A stretch of 64,000 bases of DNA from Macrostomum lignano. Lineage: Eukaryota. Each line of letters starts with the position of its first letter. The first letter of the stretch is position 1. The notes beneath the pieces were generated by a model. The model worked only from the letters and a program-made list of their open reading frames with translations. It ran no database searches and was not told where the DNA came from. Position numbers and translations under genes: made by a program. Shown one piece after another: positions 1 through 12,699 of this stretch. The stretch lies in contig NIVC01003571.1 of NCBI GenBank assembly GCA_002269645.1, positions 26,636-90,635 of the forward strand. The letters run 5' to 3'.

Positions 1-365
1 TTTTGGCTATGTTCTTTGACAATCTCACAGTGCACTACCTGGACTCCATATGTTGGAGTGACAGAAGAAAGCAATTGGCATTGAACTATACTGCCAAATA
101 CTATAAAATGTATATGAGAAGGGGGCTTTGAAATTTGCAAGGCATATTAACTGAACTTATGTGCCATTTTCTAATTTTAGTGAGCTCCTTGCTTCTCTAG
201 CTGCTTCTACCTTTCTCCCTGAGCAGATGGAGCACCCTAGGGGTAGAAAGTTTAGAAGTGTAGTAAGAATGTGTACCTAGCAAAAGGATACATTTTCATG
301 TGGCGTTCTGACCTACTTATTTAACTGCAATTTGTTTCTTGATAAGTGCACTGTGTTGTCTGCGT

Positions 366-639
366 CCTGATTGCAGCGCATGGGCATTTTAGCGGACGGC
401 GTCCAGCGGGGATCTAATACGGCGCGGCGCGTACGGCGCACGGCAATTAGTACAGCGCGGCACGGTACTAATTAGATGCCAAGGCATTTAGGCTTGATAA
501 GACAGTCATAGTTACACCTGCCGTTTACCCAAAACTGCGTTAATTTTGCTTTAGGGTTTCTTTCACAGGTAAGTCATTTCACAGCGTGGCGCAGGTTGTG
601 TAGGCGTCTGGCATACTTAAGCCATGCGCTGCAATAGGG
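366..639. mobile_element. MITE, hAT-like (8-bp TSD)
   Basis: Imperfect 18-bp TIRs cctgattgcagcgcatgg / ccatgcgctgcaataggg. The 8-bp direct repeat gtctgcgt sits at 358-365 and 640-647. A second copy lies inverted at 29410-29674. Confidence 0.85.
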
Positions 640-1838
640 GTCTGCGTGCACTGCGCAGAAATTGAGCGCCGCTTGCTAGCACATTAAAAATACTGTGATT
701 AATTTCATAGAAGAAACCGAGCAACCCATTTGCAGGTTCTGTGGCTTGGAGGAGCCTGCTAGCCAAAGGAAGCGAATCGAATGGGTAAATTAATGCAATG
801 TAAAATACCCATGCATTTTACATGTACATGTACAATAGTAACGGATTCAACCAGCTTGCAAGACCTTTTCTGCATCATTTTAGATTGAATGCCCCTCCTG
901 CCTCTTTTGGTACCACAAAATCTGTTGGAACAGCTGGAAAAGCACGGCAAATGTTTGCTCCAATTGCGCCAGACTTGATGCATAAAATGCTGACTGTGTT
1001 GAATAAAGAAAGGGACAATGCAGTTATTGCAGACAACGCAGATCAAGTCTGATGTGATATTTATGGGGTGTTTTATGTTTCATTGCACAAAATGTTTTGA
1101 TGCTTATTTTCTATAGTTTGATTCTCAGTTGCTGATGGGATTGCTCCATCGTCTGAGTCGATAACATTAATTCTGTTCAATTTTACATGATGTGCACTGT
1201 TTAGCAAAGTGATCACTTTTTCTACGTTTGGCGCCTGTCTTTGGCGTTTGCACGTTCTGCAGTTGTTTGGTGGGCAATTTCGCTTACCCTTGTCGGAGTT
1301 GTCAATTGCGAATCGGTTCGAGACTGACTTGCTTCTGCAGTAGGCAGATCGATTTCTTAAAGTGATACCTGATACTCTCCAGTCATAATTGAGTTGCAGA
1401 CTTTCTTTGCCATTTTGAGAGTCAGGTCTTACTTTATTCTGGTAGTCGTTTGACAAATTTGCTGTCTCAATCACTTGTATCAGGTATAGTTGACACTCTA
1501 GACAAGGGTGCGGAGTCTTAAAAAGTTACATTTACTTGTGATTTCTTTTAGGGCTGTTTTCGTTGCTTTTTTTGCTTCCTTGCTTTTTTTGCTTTTTTGC
1601 AACGTTTAAATACTACCCAACATTTTTTTACATTTGCTCTTAATAATTATAATCTTAACTTTATAATAATAATAGTAGTGCAGTATAAATTCATATTAAT
1701 ATTAGTAATAATAGCAGTACAGTAACATTAATAACATTAATATTAATAATATTACTAAAAAATAATATTATTAATATACGTATTATAGCATTCGGTATAC
1801 TAAGTATTTAGAAAACATTGTAGTAACCATTGTTAAAG

Positions 1839-2470
1839 AATATCTTAGCTTGTGAAGCGTCTTTGTTGGTCTTTAATGTGTCTTTCTACAGCAAGGCATG
1901 CATAAAGCAGTAGTGCAATTTTCATGCAGAAATAGCACAGCTTCTGAAAAAACAGTTATATGATTTAGCAGCAACATCAAACAGCATTCAGTACATATAG
2001 AAAATGTCATAAAAACATTTGCTAGGGAATATCTCAGCTTATGAAGCGTCTTTGTGTGTGTCTGAGGTGTCTTTTCAAAGCAGAGACATGCGTATTAAAA
2101 CAGCTATGCAAATTTCATGCAGAAAGACCAAAGTGGGACGATGAAGCGGCTTCTCAAAAAATTACTATATACAGTATTTGGTATATTGGGAAACATCGTA
2201 ACAACAGTTGTTAGGGAATATCTCAGCTTGTGAAGCGTCTTTGTGTGTGTCTGAGGTGTCTTTTTAAAGCAGAGACATGTGTAAAACAGCTGTGCAAATT
2301 TCATGCAGAAAGACCAAAGTGGGACGATGTAGCGGCTTCTTAAAAAACTACTATATACAGTATTTGGTATATTGGGAAACGTCGTAACAATAGTTGCTAG
2401 GGAATATCTTAGCTTATGAAGCGTCTTTGTATGTCTGAGGTGTCTTTTTAAAGCAGAGACATGCGTAAAA
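1839..2470. repeat. Tandem repeat, about 188-bp unit, about 3.4 diverged copies
   Basis: The motif gaatatct(t/c)agctt(g/a)tgaagcgtctttg recurs near 1839, 2027, 2215 and 2402, with conserved downstream sequence. Confidence 0.8.
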
Positions 2471-3597
2471 GTTTCTATAAATTCACAGTATCTTGCGTAA
2501 TAAATAGACAGTTTTGTTAAACATTTACTGAATGATTTCTGAATGTCTGTCTGAATGTCTGTTGGGAAACCAATACATAGGGCCAAAAGTCAATGGCCAA
2601 ATTTTTTTAGGCCAAAACAGCTAGAATTCTACTATAAAACTATTTTAGCCTTTAGGATATATAATATAAATATTATAAAGCAAAATAGGTTAGCCTATCA
2701 AAGAAAAATTGAGAAATTTACTAGTATTAGACATTATAAAAAAATCCTGGACTAGAAAACAAACCTAATTTATATGAGCTAGGCCTATGTATAGTATAAC
2801 CATATGATAGGTCTATAAGGCAAGGGCCTAACCCTAGATAGAGACAAATACAATCCACTTCAATAACAGCCATTTCAGTAATAGCCACTTTAGTAACAAA
2901 AATGACCACTTTGGTAATGGCCATTTTAGATTTGATAATAGCCACTTTGGTAACAAAACAGATTTACAACTGTGAATACTTAGGATTAGCAATAATTAGT
3001 TTAATAATAAATATCTCAAATATCTTATTGCCACATAGGCCTATGGTTAAACTTTCTAGTTGAAAGTATAATTATATAAGTATAATTATAATTTGTTTAG
3101 AATCCGGTCTATTTCGGCGACAAGTCATTTCGGCGACAACCATTTTGGCGACAAGTCATTTCGGCGACAACCACTTCGGCGACAAACATCGAAACCGCAG
3201 TAATAATGGATCTGATAGTGTTTGCTTATTGAGTATGTAATGCATTTGATTGTTCTACTTGTTAATGTATTCCTGTTAGGCCTATAGTAGCATCGTTTGC
3301 CGTCACCAATATTTTATAACTAACTCTTTCGTTCTCTGCACTTTTCTTGTTTACATCGTCCAGTTCAGTATAGTTCTTTCTCTCTCGTTATCTCTCATTC
3401 TCTATCCTTTCGTTCTTTCCTCCCTTCTGATTGGTCCGCCGCTTACATTCTAACCTCCTCTCCTACCCTCAGTCGCGCACTCTTGTTATCATACCGCCAA
3501 CCTCCAGTCTGTTCAACTTAACCATGTTTAAATATATAGTCCAGGGCACACGCCCTCTCACACTTCACCTGACTTCGCTACTCGCAGTTATTCAGTC

Positions 3598-5367
3598 ATG
3601 TTTAGCTGTGTTGTTTGCCACGATCTGGTCAGACATAGGCAGCAAGCGCTGCAATGTGATGAATGTTCCAGGTGGCAGCATAGGACCTGCAACAGCGGCG
3701 TGACACAGCAGCATTACCGCCAGCTACAGAGACTGGAGAGCTTCGACTGGTTGTGCAGCCTGTGCTCATGGCCAGTGCCTGAGCAGCCTGAGCCTGAGCA
3801 GCCTGACCCTGAGCAGCCTGAGCCTGAGCAGCCTGACCCTGAGCAGCCTGAGCCTGAGCAGCCTGACCCTGAGCAGCCTGAGCCTGAGCAGCCTGTCCCT
3901 GAGCGAATTGATTGGCAAGAACAGCAACGGCAAGGTGCTGTCCCAGTAGAAGTACCCCCGCCTCAACATCTCGCACCACGAATTGCAGTACCATTCGATT
4001 TTGTTCGTGGCGGTTCAACCAGAGGCAAGGACTCGCTTGTTGTGGACGGCAGATTTACTTTTGTCATCAGCCGCAGACGAGGAGAGGTGGTGTACTGGAG
4101 GTGCACAACGCGTAATGCCAAGGCAACATGCAAGGCCACAGTGACTCAGCGAGGCAACCTGTTCACGCCAGGCCCCGCACAGCACAACCATGAGGAGCAG
4201 TACCGGCCTGCTGAGAGGAAGAGGCTGCGCCAGGCTGTTGCAGCGCGAGCTAAGCAGCAGCTCTTCATGTCGGCGCCACAGATTGCATGCGAGGAGCTGC
4301 TGGCTGTTATCGACACCTTCTGGCATGGACCGCAGATGCCCAATCCACAACTGCTGGCCCGCACTGCCAATCGCAAGCGTGCGGCAGACTGACCGGAGGA
4401 ACCGGCCGACATCAATTTTGAATTGCATGCCTTGGTGCCTGAGAACTTTGTCGTGCATGACATCAGAGAACCTGGTCGACGACATCTGCTGATGGCAACA
4501 CCCGCAATGCTACACTATCTCTGACACGCGACGAACTGGTACCTGGACGGCACATTCAGTGTTGTACCAGCGCCATTTCAGCAGCTGTACTCACTGCACA
4601 CATTTGTTGTCGGCCCTGAAGGGCACTTAAAGCAGGTGCCATTGCTAATGGTGCTAATGTCTGGTAGAGGCTACGAGGACTACCGCTTAGTCTTCACTTT
4701 CGCCCGTGATGTCCTCTATGGCCAGCCATCTGAGTGCATGATGGACTACGAGGCAGCGGTGTGGCGAGCAGTACACACCGAGTTTCCAACAGCTACGCGG
4801 CGTGGTTGTGCCTTTCATTTCACCCAGGCTATCTACCGCTGCATCCTCACCACTGGCCTCACACCAGCATACTCGAATGATGACGGCACGCAGACGTTCT
4901 GCCGACAACTCATGGCATTGCCATTTCTGCCTGGCAACAGAATCGCGAATGCCTTCTACACACTGTGGAGCACGGTCACCGATGTTGAACTGAATGGCCT
5001 CTGTGACTACGTCCAGGGCACGTGGATCTGCGGCTCCAGCTGGCGAGTGCAGGAGCTCTCAGTCTATCGGCTAGCCATTAGAACAAACAATGATACTGAG
5101 GGCTGGCACAACAAGCTACAGCGCCGTGCTATGAGGGCTAATGTGCAGTTCTACTTGCTGCTGAAGCTGCTGCACCAGGAGGCCCGCCAGGTTGAGATTG
5201 ATGCAGCGCTACTTAGCCAGGGTGCCACTCGTCGGGACGCACGGCCAGCAGTGCGTGCAAGGCAGGAGGCCTACTTCCGTCTCTGGGCGGAGTATGAGGC
5301 CAGCACCAGGACTTTAGAGGGACTTCTGCTCGCTTGCAGCCGCATGAATGCCCCTGTGGGACAGTAA
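3598..5367 (+). pseudogene. MULE transposase (PHD finger, PEQPE spacer, FLYWCH, DDE domain) with two in-frame TGA stops
   Basis: ORFs 3598-4392 and 4636-5367 share one frame. Motifs: PHD CVVC..C DEC..HRTC..CSLC; FLYWCH YWRC..CKA..HNH; MULE WYLDGTF..QLYSLH, MDYE, CAFH, RTNNDTEGWH. Stops are at 4390-4392 and 4522-4524. Confidence 0.9.
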
Positions 5368-5368
5368 G

Positions 5369-5594
5369 GTCTTTTACTTTTAATCTTACTTTTAATCTTT
5401 TACTTACATTTGTTGCCGATTTGTTCCGCGCATCTGCCGATTTGACAGATTTGTGACTTCTTTTATTCAATTTAAATAAAAGTCTTTTACTTTTAATCTT
5501 ACTTTTAATCTTTTACTTACATTTGTTGCCGATTTGTTCCGCGCTTCTGCCGATTTGACGGATTTGTGACTTCTTTTATTCGATTTAAATAAAA
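5369..5594. repeat. Tandem duplication of about 113 bp in the MULE 3' region
   Basis: gtcttttacttttaatc...tttaaataaaa occurs twice back to back. Confidence 0.85.
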
Positions 5595-6233
5595 GTAAAA
5601 AAATATATAAATAAAATAAATTTGTTCCACGACTTCAAAAGTATTGTCGCCGAAATGGTTGTTGCCGAAATGACTTGTCGCCAAAATGGTTGTTGCTGAA
5701 ATGACTTGTCGCCGAAATGGACTGTTTCCTTTGTTTATACTTGCATAGGCCTATTACTTTATGAAAAAAAATTGAAGGCAAAGAAAATTAAGCTAAGCTT
5801 GAGCTGGTCTACATTTGAATTCGAAAAAAAAATAAATAATAAATGAAGATATGGGCAAAGTAGATTCTATAATAATAATTCTAAGTCACTATTTGTTAAC
5901 TAGACTAATAATACTAATGTATATGGTGTACAATATTTGGTCAATTAGAGGATGTCTCCGCCCTCCAGTGCATGTATCTGACTTATCCAGAAATAAAAAT
6001 GATTGGTTAAAACACATTTCAACAAGTTAAACAGATGCAGATATGCATGTGTTTTGTCATTCTTTCTTTAAAGTTTTTTCACACATACAGAACTTTTTTG
6101 GAGCATATCAATTAATTTATTATTCCCACTTGTTACCAAAGTGACTGTTACCGAAATGGCTGTTACTGTTACCAAAGTGGTCATTTTTTGTTACCAATGT
6201 GGCTGTTACCAAAATGGCTGTTACCGAAGTGTA

Positions 6234-6409
6234 CACCTGTATAACTTTAGACACAAACACAAACTAGTGTCGGAAGATGTCTGAAAATGTGTTGGCAAAA
6301 GTTAACTGTTACACGACACTTTTTCCGATACTTTTTGCGACATTTTAAGTGTCATAAAAAAGTGTCGGAAGATCTGCCTGAAAATGTGTCGGCGAAAGTT
6401 ATACAGGTT
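6234..6409. mobile_element. Small MITE with TA flanks (Tc1/mariner-like)
   Basis: 14-bp perfect inverted repeat acctgtataacttt (6235-6248) / aaagttatacaggt (6395-6408). TA at 6232-6233 and 6410-6411. Confidence 0.6.
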
Positions 6410-8891
6410 TATCAAGAGTTAAAGTTTCCTTGTTCTTTTTTACGTTTTCTAACTTATTAGGCCTAAACAAACACAAACTAATATCATATACAATAAATGA
6501 GTTGTCCGTAAGTAGGTATGCGATTGATTTTAGCAGACACAGCTCCACCAATTTTCATGAAACTTGTTAGTTAAGGACTAGAAATAAGCGAACACTTTAC
6601 ACGTTCAACGTTATCTGAATCTGGAAAAAATCGAACTTAAAAAGCTCGTTTCTAAGAAAATCAAGAATTGAACTTTAAACGAGCTAGAAAATCAAATTAA
6701 AAACTTAAACTTGAACTGACTTTCCTCAAAATTAAATAGTTTTATTTATTTAAAAACGTAGATTACTTTAACTGCTTAACTTTTTCGATGTAGACTTGAA
6801 AATTTATCTATTAACTTAAGTAAAAAGTGAGATGATGAGAACAAGGACGATACTTAGATGAGAAATGATGAGTACATTGTACATAGTCATAGATAATTGT
6901 CAAATAAGTCATCAATTAAATGTAATGCAGATTGCAGACAGACCGAATAACTGAAAGTGAATTATACTATTGGACTCGTATAGGTCTAAAGGGTAGCTAG
7001 TTTTTTGTCCAACAATTGTCCACTTTTTTGCCATATATTATGTTTTTTGTGATTTTAATTTTGTGTTATGATTTTGCCTTGTAGGCCTAGGCCTATAAAT
7101 TTTTACTTAGGCCTATATTATACATTTTATACCCATGTGTGAATTGAGTACCAACAAATTAATTTACCTTTAGCTAGGCCTATGGAAATGGAAGTCATAG
7201 TGAATTTATGGCTAACAGACTAAAACTTCATTAGGTTAAGGGCAAGGCAATCTTTTTGTTTCTTGTTCAAAATTATTTTTACGCAAAATAAAAATTTCAT
7301 AGGCCTAGGGGCCTAGTTCTTGGTGCAGTCAAACTTAGTAGGCCTAAAGGCAGGCATGTTGCCACTGGGGGGGACATGTCCCCATTAGTAAAAGCTATAG
7401 GCCTAAGGGCCAATGCCCACCTTATCAATTATTGTGGTAGGCCCTAATTAATAATTTTTCTACCAGGTGCCAATATATAACACCTTTGGCACTAAAATAG
7501 GTGCCTGCGATGCTTAAAAGAATGTTTATAATGCCAAAATAAGTGCTTGAAAGTTGAAATATCAAAAAGAATATATAAAATACCACAATAACACCCGTGT
7601 TTGCTTAAAACTAACGAAAACAGCACGATTTAAGTTTTTTGTTTACAGTATGACAGCATGCTGGTTGCTGTCTCAGCTTGCTAGTTAATCGAAAAATGAT
7701 TGTTACAATATCAACAAAGCTAGTTAACTTTTTAGCGCCAATAAATGCATTCATGTTTTAGTAGCTTGTTGCAGGACTCTCTTTCTGCTGTGGGTTTCTT
7801 GTTAGTTAGTTTTAGACATGCATCATGACGGTAGGCCTAGGCCCTTGCAGCTTAAATTTAAATGCTTTCTACTCGCTGAAGGCACGTGCGTGCGTGCTGC
7901 TGGCCGGCAACTAGGAAACTAGGGTCTAAAATCCATGTAGTTCTAAAACTGAGCTGGGGTGAAGGCTGTGTGGCTAAGCCTACACATGACATGCCTAAAC
8001 TAGGCTTACTACTATAAGGCATTGAATTAGACCTAGGTTGTGCTGTACCTGTAGCTTAGTAGAGATTTTTTAATAAAATAATTGGTTCTAATTCTAAATT
8101 CTAATACTATGGTATTAAACGAACTAACAAGTCTGGTTTATTTAAGTCAAGTTAATTGTGTTGTTTAAAAGGTAATCTAGCCACTTGGTATAGGCCTACT
8201 CCTACTCCTAGGCCTAGGCCAGCCCCAGTGGGCCTAGCCAGGTAGAAGTTTAGTAGTAGGTAGGCGGTAGGCCTAGTAGTTGAGTGAGTTGAGTTGAGTA
8301 GAAAAAAGTAGGGCCTAAGCCTTTGCTTCCCATATAGTCATATGCAAAAAATATCAGTTTTTATTCTAGAGAGTAAGAGAGACTAAGAGTGAGTGCAATT
8401 CTAGGTTTAGACCTAATTAGAAAAAATAACCAGATATTGCTATAAAGTAGGCTATAATGCTAATGTTGTATTGGCCATTTAAAAAATATTTGACTTTGAA
8501 AAAGTTCTTGGCTATAAAGTAGTATATATTTCATTGCTATATTATAATATTAAATAGGCCGGCTTCCAGACAGTCCGGCGACACAGCCGTGTCCCACTCA
8601 TGAGGCCATTCTATCCTCGGAAAACATGGCCTTGCAGCCCAGCAATGAATGTAGTGGTGTAGCGCTGCATGTATTTCTAGCTTTATTTTACATTGTATTG
8701 AAAACATTTGTGCACATATGCACAAAAAAGTTCTTTCATTGAAACGGTTATACCCTTTTACATTTTACATATATATTGGCAATGCCAATGCCAATGGCTT
8801 AATTTAATTTAAGCAGTTCTATACACCTAAAAATATGGGCCCTAAAATTTATGCTTTTTCTTCAGTTAGTGTTATGGTATATAAAAGGCGC

Positions 8892-9271
8892 GGCAATCCT
8901 ACACTTCCGTTCGGTAAATTATTTTCACATTTGAATTCATACCCAAGAGTCCACACCAACACCGTGGAGGGCACATGGGCCCACGCGAAGCGCAAGATCC
9001 GCAACATGCATGGCACAAGCGACGCTCTCTTCGACGCACACATTGAGGAATTTCTCTGGCGTCGTCTGTATCCCCAATGTCCATTTGGGGCGATCCTGTA
9101 CTGGATTGGACATTACTATCCATTGTAGACACCTTAATGACCTGCAGACACACTCTAAGTGACTATGCGCTCTAACAGACTGCTACCATGTTCCACTGTT
9201 TCAGTTTTGTTTAGTTACATTGTTATTTAACACGCCTGTTCAAATGTCAAAATGTCAAATGTAGGATTGCC
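8892..9271 (+). mobile_element. Merlin (IS1595/ISXO2-like) deletion derivative, left arm only
   Basis: 12-bp TIR ggcaatcctaca/tgtaggattgcc, with TSD aaaggcgc/aaaggtgc. It encodes the C-terminal motif HTNTVEGTWAHAKRK..GTS....HIEEFLWRR. The empty site is present in the right arm near 29835. Confidence 0.85.
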
Positions 9272-10244
9272 AAAGGTGCATATATCCAAGACCTATCTAT
9301 ATAATATAATGGTATTTCTATATATAAATAGTAATGTTAATTGCTAAATAAAAAATAGAGCTTGACTAGTAAACCATTTGCTAGTATATGACTGAGTTAT
9401 TATTTTTTATTAACAGAGCCAGATTTGTCTATATTGTTGATATATTTCTAGCCAAAGCATTATAGTATTAGTTGCCTATATTAGCTATTAGCTATGCCTT
9501 GCCTAGATTAGATATAGTATAGGGCCTTAATTCTATCTAGCCTAGGATAGAACTCTATAGCTTTAAGGACTTAATTTTAATGTAGGCCTATTAAGTTTTT
9601 AATCCATTTTACACAAAATTGACTATTTGATTTGATATCAAACCTATTTAATTTAAGCCCTAGGCCTAGCCAAAATAAATCATTGCTAAATAGAATTGAA
9701 ATTTAAAATTAAATATACTAGGCCTAGCCTACCAAAATTTATATATACCAAGTTATATATAGTGCTAGGCCTAGGGCTAAAGAAAAGTTGAACCCTAATA
9801 ATACTATTAATTAGACTAATGAATTAGTGAGTAAACTTGAAGCCTGCCTACTATGCCTAATATAAATAATTAAGCATACAAGCAAATATTAGAGATTTAG
9901 TATATTTGGTTTGGATTAATATATTCTAATTAGGTCTATATTTGATTCAGAATAGCTAAGCCTACCTAAGCTTTAGCCTAGGCTAAAGATAAAAGCATGA
10001 ATTTAGCCTTTTTATTGGATTAAAATATGTTTAGTTAGCATGCTTGGGTTGGGTGTAAACCCTTTTTTCATCTTTCTATATCCTCTTTTCTTATTCTCTA
10101 TCTTCTATCCTTATACTCTTTTCTACCCTTTTTACCCTCCCCTTACCTTTTGATCCTATCCTCTTCAACCTATCTCTATCCTTTTCTACTAGGTTCTACC
10201 CTTGTTTATAGCTTTACATTTATTTGTGGCTTCATTCTCTTAGC

Positions 10245-11160
10245 CCTAGCCCTAGCCCCAGCTTAGCCCTAGCTTGAGATCAAGCCCCAGCTCAAGCTCT
10301 AGCCACACCACAGCCCTAGCAGCCAGCTCTAGCTTAAGCTCAAGCACTAGCCCAGTCCCAGCCCTATCCCACTCTATCCCAGCCCCTAATCTAGCCCTAA
10401 CCTTAGCCCTAGCCCTAGTTCCTCCCCTAGCCCTGGCCTTAGCCTTAGTGCTTGTTATCCCTGCCCCAGCTCTGGCCCTATCACTATCCTGCCCTAGCCC
10501 TAGCCCTTGCCCTAGCCCCAGCCCTAGCCCCAGCCCCAGCCCTAGCCCCAGCCTTTGCCCTTGCCCTAGCCTTAGCCCAAGCCCAAGCCCCAGCCTTAGC
10601 CCCAGCCCCAGCCTTTGCCCTAGCCTTAGCCCAAGCCCAAGCCCAAGCCCTAGCCCTAGCCCTTGCCCCTGCCCTAGCCCCTGCCCTAGCCCCTGCCCTA
10701 GCCCTAGCCCCAGCCCTTGCCCTAGCCTTAGCCCTAGCCCTAGCCTTAGCCCAAGCCCTAGCCCAAGCCCTAGCCCAAGCCCTAGCCTTAGCCTAAGCCC
10801 TTGCCCCTGCCCCTGCCCCTGCCCCTGCATTTGCCCTAGCCCCAGCCCCTGCCCTTGCCCTAGCCCTAGCCCCAGCCCCTGCCCTTGCCCTAGCCCTAGC
10901 CCCAGCCCCTGCCCTTGCCCTAGCCCTAGCCCCAGCCCTACCCCACCCAAGCCCTACCCCACCCCAGCGTCAGTCCTACCCCACCCCATCGCCAGCCCTA
11001 CCCCACCCTAGCGCCAGCCCTACCCCACTCCAGCCCCAGCCCTACCCTACCCCAGCCCTACCCCACCCCAGCCCTACCCCATCTCAGCGCCAGCCCTACC
11101 CCATCCCAGTCTTGGCCCTAGACCCCCAGAACTGGCCCTTTCACTATCCTAGCCCTAACC
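10245..11160. repeat. Degenerate hexamer array (CCCTAG/CCCCAG/CCTTAG/CCCTTG/CCCAAG), left arm
   Basis: Direct reading of the sequence. It produces the SP/LG/LA low-complexity ORFs. Confidence 0.9.
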
Positions 11161-11339
11161 CCAGCAGAATTCTACTTCTTTGACTCCTGCACCCCTGCAC
11201 TCCCTACACCCCGTGCACTCCACATGTGCTGTTTGTATTTTTATGAATGCTTTTTTGTTGCTTTAATCATTAATTCCTCCCAGGCAGTCCTTCTAGGCTA
11301 TCTTTCCTAGGCAGCCCCCAGGCAAACCTTTCAAGGCAG

Positions 11340-12600
11340 CTTTCCCAGGCAAACCCTCCCAGACAGCCCCCCTACCCTCCTCTACTCTTCTATCCTCTCC
11401 TTACTCTTCTCTACCCTTTATCCTCCTACTCTCCTCTACTATCCTACACACCTCTATCCTTCTCTACCCTCTACCCCTTCTCTACCCTCTTCTACCAGCT
11501 CCTCCCCTCCTCTGCAGCTATACCCTTGTCTATTGCCTTAACCTCCGTTACCAGCCTCACCCCCTACTCTCCTCTACCAGCTCCTACCCTTCTCTGCCCT
11601 TCTACCATTTCCTACCCTCCTACCTTCTACTCTCCCCTGCCCTGCTCTACCCTTCGACACTTTCCCTTCTCTCTTCTACCAGCTCCTACCCTCCTCTACC
11701 AACTCTTACCCTCCTAGCCTCCGCCATCAGCTCCTACCCTCCTATAACAGGAGGAATAACAGGATAATGAACCTAGATTAGATTCTATCTACTATACTAG
11801 GTTAGTAGCCTATCCTACCTACTAGGCTAGTAAATATAATACCTATCATTCTACCGTCTAGACTTATAGGTGCTAATCTACTTTATAGTCTGTTAGGCTT
11901 CGCGGGTCAACCTGCTAGTCTTCTAGGTACAAATCCACTCTATCTACCTGACTAGTAGTTGCTAAACAACTCTGTACCCTACAAGGCTAGTAGTCCTAAT
12001 ATACCTATCTACGAGCTCGTACTAGGCAAGTTGTGCTAAACTGCCCTACCTTATATGCTAATAGTTGCTCAAATATTCCTTTTAGAAGCTTCTGAGTAGT
12101 TGAAGTCAGTTTGCTTAAGGTCTTTCACTCTCCCTTTTTCTCTTTGCTATTCTCCCCTAGCCTTGATATTCTTCTCCTTACCCATCCTTGCTATTCTCTT
12201 ACCTTCCTTCTATTCCTGTTTTTTTCTTTTATATTCCCTGCTGAACTTCCCCTCCTCCTCTATCCTTTTCATTCCCTTCCTCCTCTATCCTTGTTGCTAT
12301 TTCCCTTCTCCATTCTCCTTGTCCCCCATTCTCCTTGCTATTCCTCTTTGCTTTGCTCCTTTTTCTCCCCTTCAGACCCAGCCCTTTCCTCCCCTTCAGA
12401 CCTGACCCTCTCCTCCATTCAGTACCCACCCTCTCCTCCCCTTCAGATTCCACCCTCTCCTCCCCTTCAGATTCCACCCTCTCCTCCCCTACAGATCCCA
12501 CCCTCTCTTCCCCTTCAAACCCTCTTCTCCCCTTTAGACCCCAGCCTCTTCTCCCCTTCAGACCCCCCCCTTTTCTTCTTTCCAGCCTCACCTCGTAGCT
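11340..12600. repeat. Polypyrimidine/low-complexity tracts (mirrored at about 26230-27500)
   Basis: C/T-only stretches at 11375-11750 and 12125-12590, including a short 23-bp repeat ccaccctctcctccccttcagat. Confidence 0.75.
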
Positions 12601-12699
12601 CTGCTAATTAAACTTTAACTATTCTTTTCAGAAGAAGTGGAGAAGAATTTATCTCCTTCCTCTCTTCAGAATATCCTCGCATCGGTCTTGTGGTCATTC

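Larger units (their letters stand above)
3100..5729 (+). mobile_element. Mutator-like (MULE) DNA transposon
   Basis: TIRs are built from arrays of catttcggcgacaa (3100-3185) and their inverse (5645-5729). The 8-bp TSD tttgttta sits at 3092-3099 and 5730-5737. A transposase frame lies inside. Confidence 0.9.
2856..6231. mobile_element. Older non-autonomous TIR element (Mutator-like) that hosts the 3100-5729 MULE
   Basis: 2856-2958 (cacttcaataacagccatttcagtaatagcc...) is a degenerate inverted copy of 6130-6231 (...ggctgttaccaaaatggctgttaccgaagtg). No TSD could be fixed. Confidence 0.55.

Noticed and set aside
759-1474. Cys-containing ORFs 759-1046 and 1073-1474
   Set aside because: No motif I can recognise with confidence. 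There is only a faint resemblance to retroelement C-terminal sequence.
10252-11011. SP/LG/LA-repeat ORFs (and their mirror at 27829-28594)
   Set aside because: These are translations of a hexamer array.
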